A DNA stretch of 29,378 nucleotides from contig BTVY01000064.1 of assembly GCA_045863335.1 (NCBI GenBank), positions 1 to 29,378 of the forward strand, given 5' to 3'. The notes under the pieces were generated by a model. That model had not been told where the DNA came from and made no database searches. It saw only the letters and a list, made by a program, of their open reading frames with translations. Shown piece by piece: positions 8,068 through 14,800 of the stretch (its first letter is position 1; each line of letters begins with the position of its first letter). Source of the DNA: Candidatus Hydrogenedentota bacterium (lineage in GTDB: Bacteria; Hydrogenedentota; Hydrogenedentia; Hydrogenedentales; SLHB01). The position numbers were made by a program, and so were the translations under genes.

Positions 8068-9051
8068 CTACAGTAGAGCCAACACGTCCTCAAACCGTTC
8101 CACGTACTCTACGCACAACTCCCTTGTGCCCGATTCGTGGATGTTGCCGCCGGCGAAGCCGATGGGGGCGAATCCGGCGAGGCGGATGGAGCAGATGCCG
8201 GCGCCGCTGTCTTCGAGGCCGATGACGCGGTGGCGGTCTTTGAAGTCGATGCCGAGGCCGACGCGAGCACATTCGGCGTAGAGCCAGGGATGGGGTTTGG
8301 GCGAGAGTTCGCCGAGGGTGCCCGGTTCGCCGGGGCGGATAGCGAAACCGGCGGTGATGATGCCGTCGTAGAATTCCTTGGGATCGCCGAGGCCGATCGT
8401 GCGGAAGGCGGAGACGATCTCGGGCCAGGCTTTCTGGTAGAGACCGCTCGTGACGAGACCGATCTTGATGCCGCGGTTGCGGAGTTCGAGCAGGAAATCC
8501 TTTAAGCCCGGCGTCGGCGTGAAGGCCCCTTCCCTCCCCTCGCCTTCGAGAATCGCCTGCATCTCGCGGTTGGTGTGTTCGAAGTAGTAGTCGCGGGCCT
8601 GTTCAACGGTTTTCTCCGGGCAGTATTTTGAGATGCAGTACTGCAAATGTTCCGAGACACTGTGGCCGGAGACGTAGGGCAGGTCTTCCTCTTCGAGTTC
8701 GAAGTTGGGGTCGCCGAGCAGGCTGGCCGTCGACATCTGGATGATCCAGATCCAGAACTCCTCGCTGCGAACGCTGGTTCCATCGAGATCCATGAGCACG
8801 GCCTTAACTGGTTTGTCGATGGCGACGGGATGCACGGGATAGTACGCGGGATATCCCAGCGCGGATTTCACGTAGGCGAGGGTCCGGTCTTCATACGCGA
8901 TGAACTCGACTTTGCGATCGCCGGTGGCGGTGATGGAAACGACGCCGTCTTTGCCGGCGACCGTGCGTCCATCGGAGCATCGTTCCAGCGGAACGAAACC
9001 GGAGGCGGTCGAGATAGGGCCGATATCGGGGATGGTCACAAGCGTTTCCAC
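8068..9051 (-). CDS. HAD-superfamily (beta-PGM/IA-like) phosphatase with an ~80-aa N-terminal extension
   Basis: Motif I MDLDGT, motif II LVTSG, motif III KPHP, motif IV LEDSGAG. GTG at 9051 follows SD GAAGGAG; alternative ATG at 9066. Confidence 0.88.
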   Translation of the reverse strand: METLVTIPDIGPISTASGFVPLERCSDGRTVAGKDGVVSITATGDRKVEFIAYEDRTLAYVKSALGYPAYYPVHPVAIDKPVKAVLMDLDGTSVRSEEFWIWIIQMSTASLLGDPNFELEEEDLPYVSGHSVSEHLQYCISKYCPEKTVEQARDYYFEHTNREMQAILEGEGREGAFTPTPGLKDFLLELRNRGIKIGLVTSGLYQKAWPEIVSAFRTIGLGDPKEFYDGIITAGFAIRPGEPGTLGELSPKPHPWLYAECARVGLGIDFKDRHRVIGLEDSGAGICSIRLAGFAPIGFAGGNIHESGTRELCVEYVERFEDVLALL

Positions 9052-9125
9052 GGGTACTCCTTCCATTCAAATCATTGGCGGTGGGAGAGTATAGCGCAGA
9101 CCGGCGAAGAACATCCCCCGTCTTC

Positions 9126-9189
9126 ATGTAGCGCAGGCGTCCTCGCCTGCAATCTCAGCTCCTTGCAGGCGGGGACGCCTGCGGTACAT
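9126..9189. repeat. GTAG-type REP doublet (REPIN-like inverted pair)
   Basis: ATGTAGCGCAGGCGTCCTCGCCTGCAA (9126-9152) and inverted copy TTGCAGGCGGGGACGCCTGCGGTACAT (9163-9189), 25/27 complementary. Each arm is itself a GCAGGCG...CGCCTGC hairpin. It abuts the stop codon of the DapA-like gene. Confidence 0.85.
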
Positions 9190-10178
9190 TACGCGTATCT
9201 CGCGAGTTCGCGCTCGAGGAGTTGCTTGTAGGCGCGGTAGTTTTCGTCGGTGCAGGGGAGGCCTTCGTCGCCGTAGGGGTTGGCGCCGCCGCCTCGGTAG
9301 GCAAGCCCGACCGGATAGCCCGCGTCGGTGGCGAGGCGTTTCATGGTGATGCGCGCGTAGGGGCAGGCGTGGAAGAGCCGGTTCACGGACTCCTGCGCTT
9401 CCAGTACGCCGTCGCGATCGCCGTCGAGGAAGCGCTGGCGCAGCAAGTTCAACACGCGCGGAAAGAGATTGCTGCCGACGCCGATGACGCCGCGGGAACC
9501 GGCATAGAGCGTGGCAAAGAAGAGGCACTCCGTGCCGGTGATGAAGTGAAAGTCCTTGCCCTGAACGGAACGGATAAGATCGAACATGTAGATTCCGTCG
9601 CGGGACGAGACTTTGCAGCCGACGAGGTTCGGGATGCCGGCGAGTCGCGCGAGCAGATTCGGCGTAAGATTGACGGTCGCGGGCATGCCGGGCGGCTGGT
9701 AGATCACCACGGGTAAGGCGGTTTCCGCGCAGACCGATTCGAAATATTGCGGATAGGCCTGGTCGATGTCGAAGGGCCTCCCCACGGGCAGCAGGGCTTC
9801 CGGCAGCACGTGCACCACCGCGGCCGCGCCCGAGTCCTCGGCATGACGCTGAAAGGCGAGCGCCTGTTCCATGTACACGTCGGGATCGGGGCGCGTGGGC
9901 ACGGACCGATCGCCGTCCCAGATGCCGGAGCAATTCAGCATCCACGGGGCGCGGCCTTCCAGGTGCGCAGCACACGCTTTCGAGACGCGGAAAACGTCGT
10001 CGTAGGAATAGGCGTACATTTGCCCCATGCCGGAACGAATGAAGTAGGCGCCGATCTCACCGAGGCTCAGCATGTAGTCGAGGAGATTGCGCTGGCTTGT
10101 TTCGTCAAAGGCATCGTCGTCGTAGAACGCGGTGAGGGCGGGCGCGATGGTGGTGTGGAGGAAGTCAGGGACGTTCAC
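9189..10178 (-). CDS. DapA/N-acetylneuraminate-lyase-family class I aldolase (atypical)
   Basis: 329 aa, GTG start, SD GAGGA. PALTAF..D at the N-terminus, LPVVIYQPP (catalytic Tyr), NLVGCKVSS (Schiff-base Lys), GSRGVIG. The GxxGE motif appears as SGMGQ. Confidence 0.85.
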   Translation of the reverse strand: MNVPDFLHTTIAPALTAFYDDDAFDETSQRNLLDYMLSLGEIGAYFIRSGMGQMYAYSYDDVFRVSKACAAHLEGRAPWMLNCSGIWDGDRSVPTRPDPDVYMEQALAFQRHAEDSGAAAVVHVLPEALLPVGRPFDIDQAYPQYFESVCAETALPVVIYQPPGMPATVNLTPNLLARLAGIPNLVGCKVSSRDGIYMFDLIRSVQGKDFHFITGTECLFFATLYAGSRGVIGVGSNLFPRVLNLLRQRFLDGDRDGVLEAQESVNRLFHACPYARITMKRLATDAGYPVGLAYRGGGANPYGDEGLPCTDENYRAYKQLLERELARYA

Positions 10179-10244
10179 GAGAAAGTGGTCCTCTAATGTT
10201 GTTAAATCGGAGATTCAGTGTCCGATTCGCGAATGTAGGGAACA

Positions 10245-10275
10245 TCCCCCTAAATCCCCCTTCAAAGGGGGACTT
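10245..10275. repeat. Short dispersed palindromic repeat CCCCCTAAATCCCCCTTCAAAGGGGGACTT
   Basis: TCCCCCTT-CA-AAGGGGGA stem preceded by a third C5 run. Resembles C5/G5 intergenic repeats of other bacteria (recalled, not searched). Confidence 0.65.
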
Positions 10276-10365
10276 TCCAAGACGCGTTGTTTTGGGTCAT
10301 TGGTATGTATTTTGGCATTTCTGAACGCACGAGAAAAATGGGGACGGGAAAATGTGTAGAAAATG

Positions 10366-10461
10366 GTAGAAAAATGGGGACAGTTACCATTTAACTTTTC
10401 GGTGACCGAGAAACGGGGCGGTCTTTTAGAAGTTAAATGGTAACAGTCCCCATTTTTCTAC
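10366..10461. repeat. 32-bp inverted repeat element (GGGGACAG/CAGTCCCC type), MITE/REPIN-like; may double as terminator
   Basis: GTAGAAAAATGGGGACAGTTACCATTTAACTT (10366-10397) vs AAGTTAAATGGTAACAGTCCCCATTTTTCTAC (10430-10461), 31/32 complementary with a 32-nt loop. A partial third arm AGAAAAATGGGGAC lies at 10332-10345. Confidence 0.88.
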
Positions 10462-11882
10462 GCTAGGATTGGGTTCACTACATTGCCGAAGACGTCGGTG
10501 AGGCGGAAGTCGCGGCCCTGGTAGCGGTAGGTCAACTTCTTGTGGTCGATGCCGAGGCAATGGAGCAGGGTCGCGTGGAAGTCGTGGACGTGGACCGGGT
10601 TCTCGACGGCGTTGTAGCCGAGTTCGTCGGTGTTGCCGTAGGTGATGCCGGGTTGAATGCCGCCGCCGGCCATCCAGATGGAGAAGCCGCGGATGTGGTG
10701 GTCGCGCCCGTCGCCCTGCGCCATGGGCGTGCGGCCGAACTCGCCGCCCCAGACGACCAGCGTGTCTTCGAGCATGCCGCGTTGTTTCAAATCCAGGATG
10801 AGCGCGGTCGTGGCCTGATCGACGAGCTTGGCGGTGGTGGCGGTTCCGGCCTTGACGCCGCCGTGGTGATCCCAGCCGCGATGATAGAGCTGGATGAAGC
10901 GCACGCCGCGTTCGGCGAGCCGCCGCGCAAGGAGGCAGTTCGACGCGAAGGACCCGTCGCCGCCTTCGGTGCCGTACAGGTCGCGGATGTACTGCGGTTC
11001 GCTGGAGAAATCGACGAGTTCGGGGACGCTCGCCTGCATCTTGAAGGCCATTTCGTATTGGCTGATTCTCGTGGCGATTTCGGGATCGTCCACGGAGTCC
11101 TGGCGCATGCGATTGAGTTCGCCGACCGCGTCCACGATGTCGCGCTGCTGTTCGTTCGACACGCCATCGGGGCGGCTCACGTAGAGCACGGCATCGCCCT
11201 TGGACTGAAACTGCACGCCCTGGAACTTGCTCGGCAGGAATCCACTGTGCCACTGGCGCGCGGCGATGGGTTGCGCCTGACCGCCTCCGACTGAGGTGAG
11301 CACGACGTAGCCCGGCAGGTTCTGCGTCTCGCTGCCGAGTCCGTAGAGCACCCAGGAGCCCATGCTGGGACGGCCGGAGATGGACGTACCCGTATTCATG
11401 AAGGTGTGTGCGGGATCGTGGTTGATCTGCTCGGTCTGCATGGAACGGACAATGCAAATGTCATCGGCGATCTTCGCCATGTGGGGGAAGATTTCGCTGA
11501 TCTGCTGGCCTGACTTGCCGCAGGTGTTGAAGTTGTGCTGCGGCCCGAAGCATTTCAGTTCCTTGCCCTGCAATTGGGCGATGGGCTGGCCTTGCGTGAA
11601 CGATTCCGGCATGGGCTGGCCGTGGAGTTCACCCAGCTTGGGCTTCGGATCGAAGGTTTCCAGATGTGAAGGTCCACCCGCCATGCAGAGATGGATCACG
11701 CGCTTCGCCTTGGGAATCCCGTGCGGCGGATTCGTGATGCCGCGCCAGACGTCGTCTACGGTTTCGGCGAGCAGACGAGGGTTCAATAGATTCGCCAAAG
11801 CCACAGTGCCAATGCCGGTCGCGGCGCGGCCCAGGAACTGCCGGCGGGTTTGTTCGAGCTGAAGACGTTCAATCGGATTCAC
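10458..11882 (-). CDS. DUF1501 family protein (sulfatase-like, Tat-type N-terminus)
   Basis: 474 aa, GTG with SD GGGAG. TRRQFL, GGPSHLETFDPKP, CLLARRLAERGVRF, GWDHH, GGEFGRTP, GRDHH, RLTDV. Starts 12 nt after the DUF1549/1553 gene. Confidence 0.93.
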   Translation of the reverse strand: MNPIERLQLEQTRRQFLGRAATGIGTVALANLLNPRLLAETVDDVWRGITNPPHGIPKAKRVIHLCMAGGPSHLETFDPKPKLGELHGQPMPESFTQGQPIAQLQGKELKCFGPQHNFNTCGKSGQQISEIFPHMAKIADDICIVRSMQTEQINHDPAHTFMNTGTSISGRPSMGSWVLYGLGSETQNLPGYVVLTSVGGGQAQPIAARQWHSGFLPSKFQGVQFQSKGDAVLYVSRPDGVSNEQQRDIVDAVGELNRMRQDSVDDPEIATRISQYEMAFKMQASVPELVDFSSEPQYIRDLYGTEGGDGSFASNCLLARRLAERGVRFIQLYHRGWDHHGGVKAGTATTAKLVDQATTALILDLKQRGMLEDTLVVWGGEFGRTPMAQGDGRDHHIRGFSIWMAGGGIQPGITYGNTDELGYNAVENPVHVHDFHATLLHCLGIDHKKLTYRYQGRDFRLTDVFGNVVNPILA

Positions 11883-11894
11883 TTCGATACTCCC

Positions 11895-14800
11895 TTACGA
11901 GCGGGTGATCGTTTCGTGCAGGTTTAAGATGGTCCGCGCCACGGAGGTCCAAGCGGCGAGTTCGGCGCAGTCGATGTCTTCGGGTTGCGGCGCGAACCCG
12001 GTCGAGGTCAGTTGCTTGGCCGATTCAGGATTGTCCGCGAATTGCTTCATGTGTTCGCCGCAAAGATTCAGCAGGACCGCGCGCTCCGCATCCGTCGGCT
12101 TGCGGCAGAGGGCGCGCTGAAATGCGTAGTCTATTCTCGCTTCCGGCGTGTCGCCGCCTTCTTTGAGGATGTGCGCGGCGAACACGCGTGCGGCTTCCAC
12201 GTAGGTCGGGTCGTTCAACAACACGAGGGCCTGCATGGGCGTGTTGGACACGGTGCGCTCTGCCGTGCACTCCTCGCGCGTGGGCGCGTCGAAGGCCAGC
12301 AGGCTCGGGTGCAGGAAAGACCGCTTCCAGTAGGTATACAGCCCGCGCCGGTACTGGTTCTCGCCTTGGTCCGCGGTGTAGATGAGCGGACCGCGGAAGG
12401 TGTTGCAGTTGTCGTAGTAACCGTCCGGCTGGTAGGGATAGACGCTGCGGCCGCCGATGTCTTCCGATAAGAGCCCGCTGATGGCGAGGGCATTGTCGCG
12501 GACCAATTCGGCTTTCAGCCGCACCTGAGACTGCCGCGCGAGCAGGCGATTGAAGGGGTCTTTCTCGCGCAACTCGGGACTTCCCGTGGACGACTGCCGG
12601 TAGGCCGACGACGTGACCATTAGACGCACCACGTGCTTCACGTCCCAGCCGGAATTCATGAACTCCGACGCGAGCCAATCGAGCAGGTCGGGATGCGTCG
12701 GCCATTCGCCGCGGGAGCCGACATCGTCTAGCACCTTGGAGAGGCCGGTGCCGAAAAACTGTTCCCACAGGCGATTAACGGTGACGCGCGCGGTCAATGG
12801 GTTTTCAGGAGACACGAGCCACTTCGCGAGATCGAGCCGCGTGGCGCGGCGGCCTTCGACGCCGAGCGGCGGCAGGCTTGCGGGGGTGCCCGGTTCGACA
12901 ATTTCGCCGGACTCGTCGAGGAAATTACCGCGCGGCAACACGCGAATGGTGCGCGGCTCCACGGACTTCGTAATGAGCGTGGTCGGGATTTCTTCGGTCA
13001 GCTTCGCGAGGCGATCCTGTTTTGCTTTCAACTCCGTTCGCGCGCCGTCCAACGCCGGGGCAATGCCGCGATAGTGCTTTGCTAGGAGTTCCTTCTGTTC
13101 ATCGGTGCGCGCGCTTTCATCCACCAGGACGGCGGCGAGGATCTCGGGGGCGATGGCACTGGAGGTGGTCAATGCCGGTGCCGGGACGGTCGTCAGTGCG
13201 ATTTGGAACCGCGCGATGTTGTGATTCGCGTGGGGCGACTCGTGCTTCATGCGCACCGTGAGCATGGTGCCCGGACCGCCTGCGATGGGTTCGGCGAAGG
13301 TAAAGACCGCCTGACGAGCCTCGCCTTTCTTCTCGTGGCCGAGGACCGCCCAGCCGGACTTCGGGTCGTCGTCGATAGCGGCGCTGATGGGAAAGCTGTC
13401 CTGCTCGAAGTCCGCAACGGCTTTTGCAATCGGTACTGGTGCGCAGGTCTCGCCGCACTCTGCCTGCACCTCGAACCCGGTCAACACGAAATTGCCGTTG
13501 CCGCGGGAGAGGTTGCCGTTCTCCGGATTCGGCAGCGCGTCAAGGCGGATGCCGGTGATGTTCTGCTGATTCGTGCGGAAGGTCAGCGTGTACACGTCGC
13601 TGGCCGGGTCCGTTCCGTTCGCGATGATGAGCAAGTCGCTGCCGACCTGCAAATCCGCGCCGCCGGAAGATTCGATCTTCGCGGGCATGAGCGTTGTCCA
13701 GTCGTTGTGAGCGTCGGCGATGGCGAGACGCGTCTCCGCTTCCCAGTCGCGCTGCGCCGCTGCCAACGCTTCCGTCGTCGTGTTCAATGTCTGTTCGAGC
13801 GAGGCAATGGCCGTTTCCAGTTCCGCTTTTTCGGCGGCCTGTTCCTCGGAGGGCAAGGGCAGGTAGGGTGCCCAATCGTCGCCTGCGCCGTATACACCTT
13901 TCTCTTCGATGTCGGCGAAGAAGGCGGAGAACTGGTAGAACTCCTTCGTCGAGAAGGGGTCGAACTTGTGATCGTGACATTCCGCGCAGCCCATGGTCGT
14001 GCCGAGCCAAACGGAGGTCGTCGTGCGGATGCGGTCGGCGGCGTACTTGGCGAGATACTCTTTCGCCTGTGCGCCGCCTTCGGCCGTGAGCTGATTCATG
14101 CGGTTGTAGCCGGACGCGATCAATTGGTCGCGCGTCGGGTCGGGCAACAAGTCGCCCGCGAATTGTTCGACCGTGAATTCGTCAAAGGGCTTGTTTTCGT
14201 TGAACGATTTGATGACGTAGTCGCGGTAAGGCCAGACGTTGCGATGCTCGTCGCCGTGGTAGCCGTTGGTGTCGGCGTAACGGACGAGATCGAGCCAGCG
14301 CATGGCCATGCGTTCGCCGTAGTGGGGCGACGCGAGAAGGCGGTCGACCAGTTTTTCGTACGCGTTCGGGTCCGTATCGTTCACGAAAGCGTCGACCTCA
14401 TCGGGTCCCGGAGGGAGACCCGTCAGGTCGAAGCTCACGCGGCGAATCAGGGTGGCGCGGTCGGCTTCCGGCGAGGGCGTCAGGCCATTGGCTTGTTGCC
14501 TGGCGAATACAAACCGGTCGATGGGGTTGCTCGCCCACTCGTCGCCCACGGCCGGCGGTTCCGGGCAGGTCACCGCGATGTACGACCAGTGCGGCTCGTA
14601 CTCGGCGCCTTCGTCAATCCACGTGATGAGCTTCTGAATCTCTTCGGGCTTGAGTTCATGCTCGGAATCCCTGGGCGGCATGGCATCGACGGGATCGTCC
14701 GTCGTGATCCGCTTCACCAACTCCGACGCCGCGCTGTTTCCGGGAACGATGGCGGCATGATCGCCCCGCACTTCCAGGGCCGCTTCGCGGACATCCAGGC

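Noticed and set aside
9189-10178. Calling this gene dapA or nanA
   Set aside because: The substrate-binding motif deviates (SGMGQ), so only a family-level call is supported.
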